A stretch of DNA of 64,000 bases from a virus. Of the stretch, positions 34,637 to 45,068 are shown piece after piece; within the stretch, counting starts at the first letter, position 1; every line of letters begins with the position of its first letter. Location of the stretch: IMG/VR virus record IMGVR_UViG_3300030419_008098, positions 1 to 64,000 of that record. The stretch is one strand, 5' to 3'. Both the position numbers and the translations under genes were made by a program. Under the pieces are notes generated by a model. That model made no database searches. It was not told where the DNA came from and saw only the letters and a program-made list of their open reading frames with translations.

Positions 34637-35141
34637 TCTTTTTCTTCTGAGCTTTTTTCCAGGCAGTGGGAGAGGGCCTATCCTTATCTCCCGGCTTCGC
34701 TGGTTTGTATTTTTTACCCATCTTCTTTTTCTTTTCTCTGATGTTATCCCATAGCCCTTTTTCCCCTTCGGATTCGTCCAGCTCGTTCTCTAAACCCTCT
34801 TCTCCTTCCGTAATATTAGTAACACTCTTTCCCGACCACATTTTACAACTCCAATATCTAGCTTTAGTTTTCGGCCCTGGGTTGTCGCAGTTGTGGCGCG
34901 CTCTAAAACTTTTTCGGCGCTGGGGATCATCACGCTTTATTTCCATATTAGGGTCACCAAAATTAACCTTCACCACATTTCCTTTTTCGTTTTTTACATA
35001 AACAGAGAACTTCTTAGGGCCTTTTGGAGTTCTGAAAGGTTTGTTTAATTTTTTACCGGCTTGCTCGGCGGCACCCCAGGCTTCATGGGAAACGGGCTCT
35101 TCCGTTCCATCATTAATTTTATCTGAAAAATCTAGTTCCAT
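34623..35141 (-). CDS. Phage-type conserved protein (DUF6321-like)
   Basis: KKFSVYVK..VKVNFGDP..RRKSFRARHNC..ARYWSC. Confidence 0.7.
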   Translation of the reverse strand: MELDFSDKINDGTEEPVSHEAWGAAEQAGKKLNKPFRTPKGPKKFSVYVKNEKGNVVKVNFGDPNMEIKRDDPQRRKSFRARHNCDNPGPKTKARYWSCKMWSGKSVTNITEGEEGLENELDESEGEKGLWDNIREKKKKMGKKYKPAKPGDKDRPSPTAWKKAQKKKNEKE

Positions 35142-35157
35142 GGTAATATAATTTTAT

Positions 35158-35316
35158 TTACTTACACTTACAATTTCCCGAAAACGCACAATCTTCCGCA
35201 GAACAGTCAGTACAGCGACAAATTTTATCTCCATTACATTTGTGGGAAGGGTAATTGTGGGGAAGAGGGTAGCACCCTCCAATAAATACAGTTAGTAATA
35301 AGACGTATTTTTTCAT
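35158..35316 (-). CDS. Small Cys-rich lipoprotein (below ORF track cutoff)
   Basis: MKKYVLLLTVFIGGC-YPLPHNYPSHKCNGDKICRCTDCSAEDCAFSGNCKCK, GTGTATAAT upstream. Confidence 0.6.
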   Translation of the reverse strand: MKKYVLLLTVFIGGCYPLPHNYPSHKCNGDKICRCTDCSAEDCAFSGNCKCK

Positions 35317-35333
35317 AATTTATTATACACGAG

Positions 35334-35645
35334 TTAATTCTTAATATTATATATTACACTTAGTATAAAATCCAGATTAAAAGAATTAATAGAATCAATG
35401 TTTAAGTTGCCGCCTCGTGATGCAACCTTGAATCCTCTTTCATGTTCGGTAGGTTTGAGTAAGTAAGAAATGAAATCATGAGCCCCACGAGACTTTAACC
35501 ACTTCCAGTAGAAACTCCGCGTGCCTAATTCACATTCTAATAAAATATCCTCACAAACAAAAGTTTTAGCATATAAAGTCACATCTCTGAAACACGTGCT
35601 CTCACTGGGGGGAGCACAAAGAGGTGCCTCTATAATAAGGTTCAC
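35334..35645 (-). CDS. Hypothetical protein
   Basis: 103 aa ORF. Confidence 0.55.
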   Translation of the reverse strand: MNLIIEAPLCAPPSESTCFRDVTLYAKTFVCEDILLECELGTRSFYWKWLKSRGAHDFISYLLKPTEHERGFKVASRGGNLNIDSINSFNLDFILSVIYNIKN

Positions 35646-35893
35646 CGCTTTTTAGATTTAACTGACTGAACTAAATCGTAAAGCTTACGAATATCGTTTC
35701 GCCGGTCTTCGAGACGTTTGTCCGTGGAAGCCCACCGTTCTCGATCCCGCACCTCATTTTTTGCTAAAGTTACATTGATTTCATTAAGTAAACCATCCAT
35801 TTCCGTTAAACGCCTATTTTCTCGTTTAAGAAAATAACCAATTACCGAGATCGCTGTCCCGATTCCCATGAGCCAAAATTCACCATACTCCAT
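35642..35893 (-). CDS. TM plus coiled-coil protein
   Basis: 83 aa. Confidence 0.6.
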   Translation of the reverse strand: MEYGEFWLMGIGTAISVIGYFLKRENRRLTEMDGLLNEINVTLAKNEVRDRERWASTDKRLEDRRNDIRKLYDLVQSVKSKKR

Positions 35894-35907
35894 ATTGGAA
35901 TATACAC

Positions 35908-35938
35908 AAAAAAGGGCGCCAACCGAAGCTGGCGCCCT
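35908..35938 (-). terminator. Rho-independent terminator after hsp20
   Basis: AGGGCGCCA...TGGCGCCCT hairpin plus T-tract. Confidence 0.8.
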
Positions 35939-35963
35939 GCGTTCAGGAGGAGTGGGCGTAAAT

Positions 35964-36452
35964 TTATAAAATTTTAACCTTTTTAGGTGCCGTCGCTTCC
36001 TTTTTGGGAACGGAAATCAATAATATTCCATTATTAAATGAGGCTTCAATTTTTTTATAGTTAATATTTTTACCAAGTTTAAAAGAACGCTTAAAGGAAG
36101 AACGCTTTAATTCTTTACGGATATAGCGAGCATTTCTCTGCGTATCATGACCTGTTTTAGCTGCACACGATCCGGAAATAGTAAGAACATTCTCTTCGAG
36201 GTCGACGGAAACATCTTCTTTTCCTAAACCCGGAATTTCCGCTTCAATGGTAATCTTATCCTCGTGATCAATTACATCCACCTTGGGGTAAGAGTTGTTC
36301 CCGAAAAACTCCACGCCAAATTCTTGGCTAAAGGTGGGGTACGCCTTACTTATGATATTATCGAATAAAGAGTCGAAGGGCGTAAGAAACTCTTCTCGAT
36401 TATTGAATAGTTCGCGATTGAACTTTGATATTTGCTGTTTTGATTGTGTCAT
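35964..36452 (-). CDS. Small heat shock protein Hsp20
   Basis: PKVDV, AEIPG, LTISG, FKRSF.L, ASFNNGIL.I..PK; AAGGAG RBS. Confidence 0.93.
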   Translation of the reverse strand: MTQSKQQISKFNRELFNNREEFLTPFDSLFDNIISKAYPTFSQEFGVEFFGNNSYPKVDVIDHEDKITIEAEIPGLGKEDVSVDLEENVLTISGSCAAKTGHDTQRNARYIRKELKRSSFKRSFKLGKNINYKKIEASFNNGILLISVPKKEATAPKKVKIL

Positions 36453-36545
36453 AATAACTCCTTTTAGATGTTAGTGAGCCTTTTAAGTGCTCAGGAAGCC
36501 TCTGTGAGTACTTCTGCTTATATAGTAACATAAAATCTATAAAAG

Positions 36546-37001
36546 TCAAGAATTTTTAATACGTAAAGTATCGCAATAAAAATTAATAACCTCTAAAATA
36601 CCCGCATCCAGCGGCGAAAGAGAGGGAAGGGTCGAAATTTTAAAATAATCTGCGGTAGTATGCTCTTCATCTAAGGTTGGTTTAAATAAAAAATTTAATT
36701 CATGGGCATACAAAATTAAACTGCGGTTAGGGCCGCTTACCTCTTTTATGTATTTTAAAGAATGAAGTGGAACTTCCAGACCAGTCTCCTCTCGTAGCTC
36801 ACGCTGGCCGCATACCAAGGGGTTTTCCCCTTCTTCTATCGCCCCTGTAAAAGGAGACCAATAACCCCCAAAAACAACAGGATGGCCGCGATATTCTACA
36901 CAACGTTTCCCTAAAAGAACAGCGTCTTTATAAAAAAGTAACACTCCTGCCGCTCTAGATGTTGAAGGGGTCGGGTCGGTTCCAGTGGGGGCAACCTTCA
37001 T
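36546..37001 (-). CDS. NUDIX hydrolase
   Basis: GAIEEGENPLVCGQRELREETG Nudix box; start uncertain. Confidence 0.88.
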   Translation of the reverse strand: MKVAPTGTDPTPSTSRAAGVLLFYKDAVLLGKRCVEYRGHPVVFGGYWSPFTGAIEEGENPLVCGQRELREETGLEVPLHSLKYIKEVSGPNRSLILYAHELNFLFKPTLDEEHTTADYFKISTLPSLSPLDAGILEVINFYCDTLRIKNS

Positions 37002-38037
37002 AATATCTTTCCTCTATTGTCTCACCCTTCTCTGCGTTGGGGTGAAGTTCCTCTTTGTCTTCTGTAAAAACACTCCGTTTCACTTTACCGTCTTTGTTTA
37101 GTAATACATAATAGGTGGAAGGTTTGCGATAAGCGCAAATATAGGCAGGGATAGGGTTCCCCTCTTTATCTAGGACAGGTTTTCCTCTATACATTTTATG
37201 GCCATCCTTTCCGCACATCAAAGGACCCCCAAAGGTTCCGTCAGCAGGGTACTTTCCTCTAGCGGCTAAGTTAAGAACAGCCTCTTTTTCGGAAAAGGAA
37301 TCTATAAATACTTGGACTTCGGTTAAATAGTGCTCGAAGCCTTCTAGTTCGGCCTCGGAAACCGCTTCCATGCGGACAATACCGGAACCAGGCTTACCAA
37401 AAAGGTCTTCAGTTAAGTCAAATTTAAGGAAAACAAATTCAGATTGACGCTTGAGATATTCCGGGTAAAGATGTTTGACAGCTAAAGAATACATTAAGTT
37501 TTGTAAATTATCCGTTAATTCATTTCCTTTAAAAACCCGCTTACTGCTTTTGAAATCTCGAATTATAGCTTTCTTTTTGCGGGAATACAGAAAAAGTTTA
37601 TCAATGAAGCCTCGAATAGAATATTTTTTACCATCTTCGTCTATTACAATATTGAACTCTTCTTCCGAAATTCCTTGGGCCGGCTTCTCTTTTGTGTCTC
37701 CGTAAAAATCATAATGCAAACCATTGACAATCATCTTGTCAATAAGAGCCAAGTTCTCTTTGTCATCCACTTCTAGCTTGCGAGAATAGATGTCCACTAA
37801 TCTCCCTACAGCCTTACTAGCCCACACTGTACCCCCTTTAAGAATCTTTTTATAATGATGGTGGTGGCGAGGGTTACCCAAGCATTCAAAAACCAAATGA
37901 CATACGCTCCCCCTCGAAGCCCCATCATTGGAGCGATCTGGCATTTTAAGCTTATACTTGCACCAATAGATCCAAGAGCAATCTTTAGCCGTTTTTATCC
38001 GGCTCGCGGAAAGCGGAGTGAGGTTACTCATCTCCAA
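36955..38037 (-). CDS. PD-(D/E)XK exonuclease (RecB/Cas4-like)
   Basis: LSASRI...C, GSVCH, IRGFIDKL, IRDFKSS, QNLMY. Confidence 0.82.
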   Translation of the reverse strand: MEMSNLTPLSASRIKTAKDCSWIYWCKYKLKMPDRSNDGASRGSVCHLVFECLGNPRHHHHYKKILKGGTVWASKAVGRLVDIYSRKLEVDDKENLALIDKMIVNGLHYDFYGDTKEKPAQGISEEEFNIVIDEDGKKYSIRGFIDKLFLYSRKKKAIIRDFKSSKRVFKGNELTDNLQNLMYSLAVKHLYPEYLKRQSEFVFLKFDLTEDLFGKPGSGIVRMEAVSEAELEGFEHYLTEVQVFIDSFSEKEAVLNLAARGKYPADGTFGGPLMCGKDGHKMYRGKPVLDKEGNPIPAYICAYRKPSTYYVLLNKDGKVKRSVFTEDKEELHPNAEKGETIEERYYEGCPHWNRPDPFNI

Positions 38038-39073
38038 AGGCCGCTAATAATTTACGGTTTTTAATAAGCTTTTTTGAGAGTTGGCGGTTCTGGACAAGGG
38101 ATTTAGAGTGCTCTAAAACCTTTTTGTAATGAGTTGAAGGATCTAGATCCTCTACCTTAGTTATCCATTTTTCAAAATTTTTTGAATCCATGTCCCCAAA
38201 ATCATTACACATTGGCAGGCAAATAAACAATTTCTGATAATCAAAAAAGGATAATAATTTAAGATAACTTTTAAGAGAGCCAGTTAATCCCCTGTTTTCA
38301 TTACTCTCAGAGTCATTATTGAAAGATAAAATGATTTTAGAAGGATTAAACTGCACTAAGACCGAAATAAGGGCTGGACTTATATCCAAACCAAAACTAA
38401 CCAGGACATTATAATGCCCTTGTTGATGAAAAGCCAAGAGGTCTCCAATGCTCTCCACCAAAATAACATAATCCGCCTCCTCTAAGGAGGATAGAAAAAA
38501 GGGATTTACATACGCAGGATAGACCCAGTGAGACTTACGACCCACATGCTTCCATTTGGGGCGATTGGGTTTATTGAGCATGTCTCTCCCCGAGTACCCA
38601 TGAATCTGCTCAAATTCATTATAAATAGGAAACACTAACCGTTGATACATTCGACCTTGCGTGGCTAGACCGCACTTTAACTTTTTTAACACGGGATCAT
38701 CTATCCCTCTGTCATTATAAAACCGATAATGAGGTAAAAGTTTTTTTAAAGAATCCTCGGGGTATATTTCTTCCATTTGTAGTTTCTTGGGAGGGGGAGC
38801 TGTCTGCTTGGTCAAGTTTAGAAACTTTTTAGTGTCAACTAATTTTTTAAATTCGTCGCTATCCTTCCCTAGGGATTTTTCCACTAACCTCTCAAACTTA
38901 AGGGGAGGAGTGTTGCTTACAAAATCCCGCCACACCCCAGTATCTTTATAAATTTGAAGAGCCGTCTGGTTGTCCCCGTTCCTAAAAACAGCACTCGTCT
39001 GCCAATAGGAACCTCGATCATGTAATTTATACCCCAAAGAAGTTAAAACGTCATATATTTCCTGCGTGTTCAC
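38024..39073 (-). CDS. DNA primase (Toprim)
   Basis: RLVFPI, GYSGR, PKWKH, ILVESIGD, FNND, DFGDM; adjacent to DnaB. Confidence 0.8.
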   Translation of the reverse strand: MNTQEIYDVLTSLGYKLHDRGSYWQTSAVFRNGDNQTALQIYKDTGVWRDFVSNTPPLKFERLVEKSLGKDSDEFKKLVDTKKFLNLTKQTAPPPKKLQMEEIYPEDSLKKLLPHYRFYNDRGIDDPVLKKLKCGLATQGRMYQRLVFPIYNEFEQIHGYSGRDMLNKPNRPKWKHVGRKSHWVYPAYVNPFFLSSLEEADYVILVESIGDLLAFHQQGHYNVLVSFGLDISPALISVLVQFNPSKIILSFNNDSESNENRGLTGSLKSYLKLLSFFDYQKLFICLPMCNDFGDMDSKNFEKWITKVEDLDPSTHYKKVLEHSKSLVQNRQLSKKLIKNRKLLAAFGDE

Positions 39074-40596
39074 AAATCTACCCCTTCATCTTCACCATCT
39101 TCCTCGGCCTGACCCCCAAGGCTCATAGCCTCCACTTGATCCTGAAGGTCACCGACTTCTACAATGCTGAAATTATCCATTTCAAGATTGATGTGGTTCA
39201 TCACTTTAGAGCCATCATCCTTTTCGACATAACCTAAAGCCCTCTGCACATTAGTCCCTAAATGGCGGCATTTAAATTTTTCTAAAACACAATTCCCAAA
39301 TTGAGCATTCTCTTCTTGGATTTCTTCGGCAACCTTAACGCGCAAATGAAACATGTGGGAACAGTATTGAATAATTCTATCTGAAAGGGAAACAATGCTT
39401 TCATCGTTAAGGATGTTTTCCGGTCTACGATTAGTGACCACGCCAGACCTATTGCTTTGCACACTCGTAATCATAGAAATAACTGGAGTAGGTTTTCCGT
39501 TCTCATCTTCCCCTTGTATTTCTTTGGTGATTAGGTTTTTAAAAGAAGTAACTAAATCCCCCACTACCTCCCACTCGTTACTGTTTTTCCCTCGCATCGA
39601 ACTGGTCGTCTTAATGTAATCAAAGCTAAAAATCATAGGATTGTTGCGTTTAACTTTAGAATAATAAAAACGCCTTAGAATATTAAGCATAGAGGGTACA
39701 TCCATCCCCGCCACACTATAATAATAGAGCTTCATCTTTTTGATTTTAGGCCAAAGATTACGAATTTTATCGACGCAGTCTTGGTTTTGTCGCCACGTTC
39801 CATGTTGGATCATGGTAAGAGGCACTCCAGTTAAAGCCGCACACTGACGCCATACAAGTTCTTCTTGACTCATTTCTCCATTATCAAAATGAAGAATGGG
39901 GATATTGTCATATTTAAGTGCAGCCTTACTGACGAAATCCAGGCAAAAAGTGGTTTTACCGACACCAGAACGAGCCACTATCACACTTATATTGCCGGGC
40001 AAAAGCAAAGAACCGTAAAGTTCATTGATGCGAGGGTGGGGCCCCATGATGCCAAATTCCTCAACCGGGTTATTCCCTCGGTCTTCCACCAGAAACTCCA
40101 TGTCTTCATAAATATTCTCGGGGGAACTGCTATCGACAGAGTAGCTTTCTAAAGAGTCATGAAAAATAGAATCCGCCGCTCCAATAATCTCATCATGAGT
40201 AGAAGAAGAGTCCAAGGAGAGCATTTTCTTGCAGACTCCTTGGCCAGCAGCCCAAACCTTGCGTAGCAAAGTAACTCTACCAAGAGATTTAACGGCAGTT
40301 ATAACTCCGGATTTATTAATTTTTCGCATTCCCAACTTCTGTATAAAATTGGTAATGTCTAATTGATCCTCAAAGGTAATATTTAAATCAATTATTCTTT
40401 GGGCTAAAATAATTTCATCAATTTCCTCGCCTCTGTCCAACGCCATCTTTAAAACTTTAAAAATGGTTTGGTTAACCTGACTACTCTCAGTATAAAAATC
40501 TTTTTCAGAAATATACGGAGCCACCTCAGCATAAACAGAGGGGATTTTAATTAAGCCAGCGAGCACATGTTGCTCTAGTTCATATGAGTATATCAT
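39070..40596 (-). CDS. dnaB: Replicative DNA helicase
   Basis: ARSGVGKTT, GEMSQEEL, FDYIK, VQSNR; TTGACA-17-TAGAAT promoter 6 nt before ATG. Confidence 0.88.
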   Translation of the reverse strand: MIYSYELEQHVLAGLIKIPSVYAEVAPYISEKDFYTESSQVNQTIFKVLKMALDRGEEIDEIILAQRIIDLNITFEDQLDITNFIQKLGMRKINKSGVITAVKSLGRVTLLRKVWAAGQGVCKKMLSLDSSSTHDEIIGAADSIFHDSLESYSVDSSSPENIYEDMEFLVEDRGNNPVEEFGIMGPHPRINELYGSLLLPGNISVIVARSGVGKTTFCLDFVSKAALKYDNIPILHFDNGEMSQEELVWRQCAALTGVPLTMIQHGTWRQNQDCVDKIRNLWPKIKKMKLYYYSVAGMDVPSMLNILRRFYYSKVKRNNPMIFSFDYIKTTSSMRGKNSNEWEVVGDLVTSFKNLITKEIQGEDENGKPTPVISMITSVQSNRSGVVTNRRPENILNDESIVSLSDRIIQYCSHMFHLRVKVAEEIQEENAQFGNCVLEKFKCRHLGTNVQRALGYVEKDDGSKVMNHINLEMDNFSIVEVGDLQDQVEAMSLGGQAEEDGEDEGVDL

Positions 40597-40637
40597 CGTC
40601 TAATTCTACCACAGACGACGGGGATTGTCAATAACTT

Positions 40638-40904
40638 TTATTCGTCTACTTGACCGAAGCTTGTATCAATATCGGTTTGGGTCGCTTGCTTTAAATATTC
40701 CTCCATAGCTTTGCGTAATCCCATCTCGATAAGTTGGCTTTCGGTCTTAGAATAAATCATCGGAGTACCATCCTGCCCCGCAAAAATCAACAGAAACCCC
40801 TTCCCTGCGTCACCGTTGCCGGAAAAATTATAGAGTTGCTCTAGTGTATTCTCCGGAAGATGAAAATTAGGAATATTTTCTGGGTCTAAATTGAAGTCGT
40901 CCAT
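40638..40904 (-). CDS. Hypothetical protein
   Basis: 88 aa, GTGTATAAT upstream. Confidence 0.65.
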   Translation of the reverse strand: MDDFNLDPENIPNFHLPENTLEQLYNFSGNGDAGKGFLLIFAGQDGTPMIYSKTESQLIEMGLRKAMEEYLKQATQTDIDTSFGQVDE

Positions 40905-40939
40905 GTTTTATTATACACTTTATATATCGGTTTGTCCAC

Positions 40940-41347
40940 TTATAAATATACCCCTTGAGACTCAAAAAGAGTTTTGGTAAGGTCATCCTCGGGGTAAATT
41001 TCCACTAACTTAATGGCATTTAATTTGCAGAAATCCAGTTTTTGTTGATCGCGCCTTAATTGTTTTACAAATTCGCCTCGCCGTTGATGAAAAAACGGTA
41101 CATACTTAGTGTGTTGCCTGCCTTGAACTTCTACGGCAATTTTTTTAGTGGCATTATAAAAGTCTAAAGTCATGCGCGTTCCCACAATAGGAAATTCCTC
41201 GAAAACCACATAATTCTCCCAATATTTTTTAAGAAATTGTTTGGCGGCAAACTGGCATTTACTGCGACTTTGTTGCGGCCAGTTTATTAAATAGTTTTTA
41301 GGTTTAGGGAGGCGCTTCAGGGAACCCGTTAAGGTTTTGAACTTCAT
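40940..41347 (-). CDS. Vsr/DUF559-like endonuclease
   Basis: LDFY, IAVEVQGRQH, RDQQK..FC..N.I.LVEI. Confidence 0.78.
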   Translation of the reverse strand: MKFKTLTGSLKRLPKPKNYLINWPQQSRSKCQFAAKQFLKKYWENYVVFEEFPIVGTRMTLDFYNATKKIAVEVQGRQHTKYVPFFHQRRGEFVKQLRRDQQKLDFCKLNAIKLVEIYPEDDLTKTLFESQGVYL

Positions 41348-42459
41348 GTGTTATCTTTAGAAAAGGTAGAGAGCATATCTTGAAAATATTTAATTAAAAA
41401 TTTTCGCAACTCTTCGTTTTCCTCTAAAAGGGTATTTAGCTTGGGTTCCCCTTGTATTTTATCCGGAATTTCTATCCCTTCTTCTTTTAAAAGGTTGGTG
41501 AGTTCTATGTCGAGGGTTATCCACGCCCCTTTGCGGTGAATAAACTCCCACCCGTACAACATATCGATTACTTCTCGTTCCACCCAAATAGAATTACCGC
41601 CTTTTCTCCCATAACAAATAGGATATTCTAATACATAGTTAGTTTTTTCATTAGGAGATTTCTTGACCGTCACCTTAACGTTATGTCCTAAAATTTTATT
41701 TTTTATTTTATCTATGGGTTGGGTTTGGTTTTCAAGAATTAAGTCTTTTTTAAACCTTGGTTCAAATTCCAGTATATAATTAGCAAAATGAAGGAGGGCA
41801 TTCCCTCCGGTGGCGGTTGTTTGTCGAATTGGAGCTTTGCTATACGGATCTAATTTAATATCAGCCCGCACTTGCGAAATAAAAATAGCCATGTGGCCTC
41901 TTTTCGCTAAAGCAATACTCATTTTTTGCATAAATTTAGCACCTAAAAGAGCGCCCCCGGCCACCTTGTGGGCATCACTAAAGCTTTTATTTAAATCCTC
42001 TTTCATTATAAGGCCATCCAGAGAATCTAAAACAAAACAATATTTTATTTTTTCTTTATTATTCATTATGAGAGCTTGGATTAATTCCACCACGGTCTCA
42101 TAAATATTACTTTCAAATACAAAACAACTCCCGTCTTCCCAGTCTTCCTCGCTGAAGGCAAATTTCACACCACTGCGATCCCTCATTTCTTTAGGTAGCC
42201 GCCCTTCTGCTTTAATGTAGATACCTCTAGAGTCCGGCATCCCGAGAAAGTTTTTCATAACTTCCAGGGCTTCAGATGTTTTTCCCCCTTCGTTCATCCC
42301 AGTAAAGCGGTGGAGGCCTGGACCAAATCCTCCGTTTAACTCAAAATCAAATTTTAAACTACCGCTAGAAACTCTGTAGGTAACTTCTTCTTCGAAATTA
42401 TAGTGATGGTCTTTATTTTCTTTTAAGAAAGACTCTAAAGTTTCGTTGGCTGTACCCAT
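41344..42459 (-). CDS. RecA/UvsX-like recombinase
   Basis: SSGSLKFDFELNGG, GMNEGGKTS, VLDSLDGL, ISQVR, TGGNALLH. Confidence 0.88.
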   Translation of the reverse strand: MGTANETLESFLKENKDHHYNFEEEVTYRVSSGSLKFDFELNGGFGPGLHRFTGMNEGGKTSEALEVMKNFLGMPDSRGIYIKAEGRLPKEMRDRSGVKFAFSEEDWEDGSCFVFESNIYETVVELIQALIMNNKEKIKYCFVLDSLDGLIMKEDLNKSFSDAHKVAGGALLGAKFMQKMSIALAKRGHMAIFISQVRADIKLDPYSKAPIRQTTATGGNALLHFANYILEFEPRFKKDLILENQTQPIDKIKNKILGHNVKVTVKKSPNEKTNYVLEYPICYGRKGGNSIWVEREVIDMLYGWEFIHRKGAWITLDIELTNLLKEEGIEIPDKIQGEPKLNTLLEENEELRKFLIKYFQDMLSTFSKDNT

Positions 42460-42791
42460 TATTCGTTTAAAAATGCTCTAATGCTTTTAGGTATGGAAAG
42501 ACGACGATCTTCGCCAATCTTTTCTCCTAAATTATATGATACTGGAGAGGGAATCTCAAAAGTAAATTCATTATATTTTCGCTTTACCTGATATTTACCA
42601 ATAGCCGTCAATAAATAAGCCAAACTCGGAACCCTCTCTCCAAAATTAACCTTGCTCCAAAAATCCAGATCAGGGTAGTCAGCTAACAATCGCTTTAATA
42701 GGGTCATTTCCCTTGCCCAAAAAGGTCTTTTGTTTTTAAGAGGAACCTCTACTAATCTTTCTATAATCCTTTTCTTGTCCGTTTGTTTCAT
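42459..42791 (-). CDS. Hypothetical protein
   Basis: 110 aa, AGTGGACTATA upstream. Confidence 0.65.
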   Translation of the reverse strand: MKQTDKKRIIERLVEVPLKNKRPFWAREMTLLKRLLADYPDLDFWSKVNFGERVPSLAYLLTAIGKYQVKRKYNEFTFEIPSPVSYNLGEKIGEDRRLSIPKSIRAFLNE

Positions 42792-42844
42792 TTTATATAG
42801 TCCACTATAGCCGCTGAGCTATTTTAATTTTTTTTCTTTTATTA

Positions 42845-43213
<369 letters not shown>

Positions 43214-43247
43214 AAAATTTACAAAGAACAAGTATACTACTATACAG

Positions 43248-43580
43248 TTATTTTAAACTTTTGTCAAGCTTTTGATCTATTTTTTTCTTGATATAACGAA
43301 AAAACTTAGGCGGATAAGGAGAGAGAGCACGATATAAAAAAGGTACAATGCAAATTGTTACAATAATCACCACAATGGTTACAAAAGGGAAGATGTGAGT
43401 AACTTCCTCGGGTGCAAATGTAGGGGCAACGGAGCCATCTTCCGTTTTGCCTTCTCCTTGACGAGACAGAGCGCTCTTTCTGAAAGGATTTTTACTTGGA
43501 CCAGGCCCCGGGGTGTAGCACCCTCCAAGCAGAAAAAATAAATATATAATTAAATTTTTCATTTGCCTGTTACCATCCAA
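43248..43580 (-). CDS. Putative lipoprotein with TM segment
   Basis: Likely start MKNLIIYLFFLLGGC. Confidence 0.5.
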   Translation of the reverse strand: MDGNRQMKNLIIYLFFLLGGCYTPGPGPSKNPFRKSALSRQGEGKTEDGSVAPTFAPEEVTHIFPFVTIVVIIVTICIVPFLYRALSPYPPKFFRYIKKKIDQKLDKSLK

Positions 43581-44818
43581 CCATTACTGTCTGCATCCTT
43601 ATTGTCACGGGGAGAAGTAGATCTTTCTATTTTTTTTTCTACCACCCCGGCAGGCGGCGGGAGGTTGGGGGATTCAGGAGTCGTTTTCTCTGCCTCTTTA
43701 GGGTTGGGAGGTTTGTGTTCAGCTTTAATGTGATCCGATAATTTATCGTAAGGGCGCCCAAAAGCCTTAGTAAGGGACATATGGGCAGCGATTACCAAAA
43801 GTATGGCTAGGGGATCAAAGACAAGCATTAAGACCAATATAATGGCTCTAACAGCCTTGTCGGCAGCTAATTCAGACCCGCCCATATCCTGAATGGCCTC
43901 CGCTACATATTTCAAAGGCCCAATTTCCGCTTCTAGGGCACGAATTTTTTCACCATAACTAAGTTTTTCTTTTTCAAATTCGGTTACTCGGTCCATCGCA
44001 TCACGAATTAAACCATTAGTTTTTTCCACTTCAGCTTGTAGGTCTTTGACATTGGTACCCCCTTGAGTCCGGAAAGCTTTAATATTGTCACGGAGAGTCG
44101 CAATTTCTAAGTTAACGGCTTCCCTGAATTTTTCAATATTATCATTATAGGTTTTAATGCTGGCAGACAGTTCGAGGCGCTCTGGCCCTTGTTGGGCTTT
44201 TAGTTCTTCGATTTTTTTCTTTTTATTAGAAAATAAACCACCACTGGAAGCCTGTAAGGTGGTAAGGGCATCATCTAATTCTTTTCTGCGAGATGTTAAT
44301 TTATTAATTCTTTCTTGTTCTATTGCAACATCTTTGTCGAGGCTACTTAATAATTGGGCGATGCGCTTCTCCTCGCGTTCTATTTCTATGTTAGATTGAT
44401 TACCTGTATTATTTAAACGATCCTGCGAGGCAGAAACATAATTTTCGTATTGAGTTATTAAACCCTTCTCTTTAGAGATTTTAGTTTCCAGGGTTTGTAT
44501 TAAGGTTATTTCATGGGTGGTTTGAGCTTGGTGTTCAATATGTGATTTACTTAAAAAACCAAAAATTCCCAAACTCGTAATCCCCATTAAAACTAAAACA
44601 GCAAAACATAAATAACCCTTAACTACCCAGGGCGCAATCTTCCAATTACGGTGCAACCATACCGCTGCAATAACTTTCCCCAGTTCCAACACTATCCCCA
44701 TTATCACCACAGAGACTTGCGATCCTGGGAAAATAGTCGCTAAACCTAAAATACTAAAATAAGCCCCCACGCAAGAAATGCTGAGGGCGGATAACAGGGT
44801 TGTGATTGCAAAAATCAC
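43559..44818 (-). CDS. Membrane protein with long coiled coil
   Basis: Three N-terminal TMs, GIFGFLSKSH, coiled coil, IGPLKYVA...VFDPLA. Confidence 0.75.
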   Translation of the reverse strand: MIFAITTLLSALSISCVGAYFSILGLATIFPGSQVSVVIMGIVLELGKVIAAVWLHRNWKIAPWVVKGYLCFAVLVLMGITSLGIFGFLSKSHIEHQAQTTHEITLIQTLETKISKEKGLITQYENYVSASQDRLNNTGNQSNIEIEREEKRIAQLLSSLDKDVAIEQERINKLTSRRKELDDALTTLQASSGGLFSNKKKKIEELKAQQGPERLELSASIKTYNDNIEKFREAVNLEIATLRDNIKAFRTQGGTNVKDLQAEVEKTNGLIRDAMDRVTEFEKEKLSYGEKIRALEAEIGPLKYVAEAIQDMGGSELAADKAVRAIILVLMLVFDPLAILLVIAAHMSLTKAFGRPYDKLSDHIKAEHKPPNPKEAEKTTPESPNLPPPAGVVEKKIERSTSPRDNKDADSNGWMVTGK

Positions 44819-44823
44819 GAAAT

Positions 44824-45054
44824 TTAACTCAAAGGAAAACTATCGGGGTTTTCTATTTTTTTACGATCCGAATCGCTTAAAGGGCGCGGACTGGTACGTG
44901 CCCCCGGCATTCCAGAATGCCCCCCCATTACAATACCTACATTAGCAGGACACTGAGCCCCAACGGACTTCAGAAGAGCTGCTTTAGCTAATAAGGAACC
45001 GCCCTTAGTAACTCCGCTCCGGAATAAGTCGCAAAATCGACGTAATTGAGTCAT
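44824..45054 (-). CDS. Hypothetical protein
   Basis: 76 aa ORF. Confidence 0.45.
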   Translation of the reverse strand: MTQLRRFCDLFRSGVTKGGSLLAKAALLKSVGAQCPANVGIVMGGHSGMPGARTSPRPLSDSDRKKIENPDSFPLS

Positions 45055-45068
45055 TCAGGCGCCCAACC

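Noticed and set aside
36955-38037. Cas4 as adaptation partner of the array
   Set aside because: It lies about 29 kb away in the primase/helicase operon, and such RecB/Cas4-like exonucleases are common phage replication genes.
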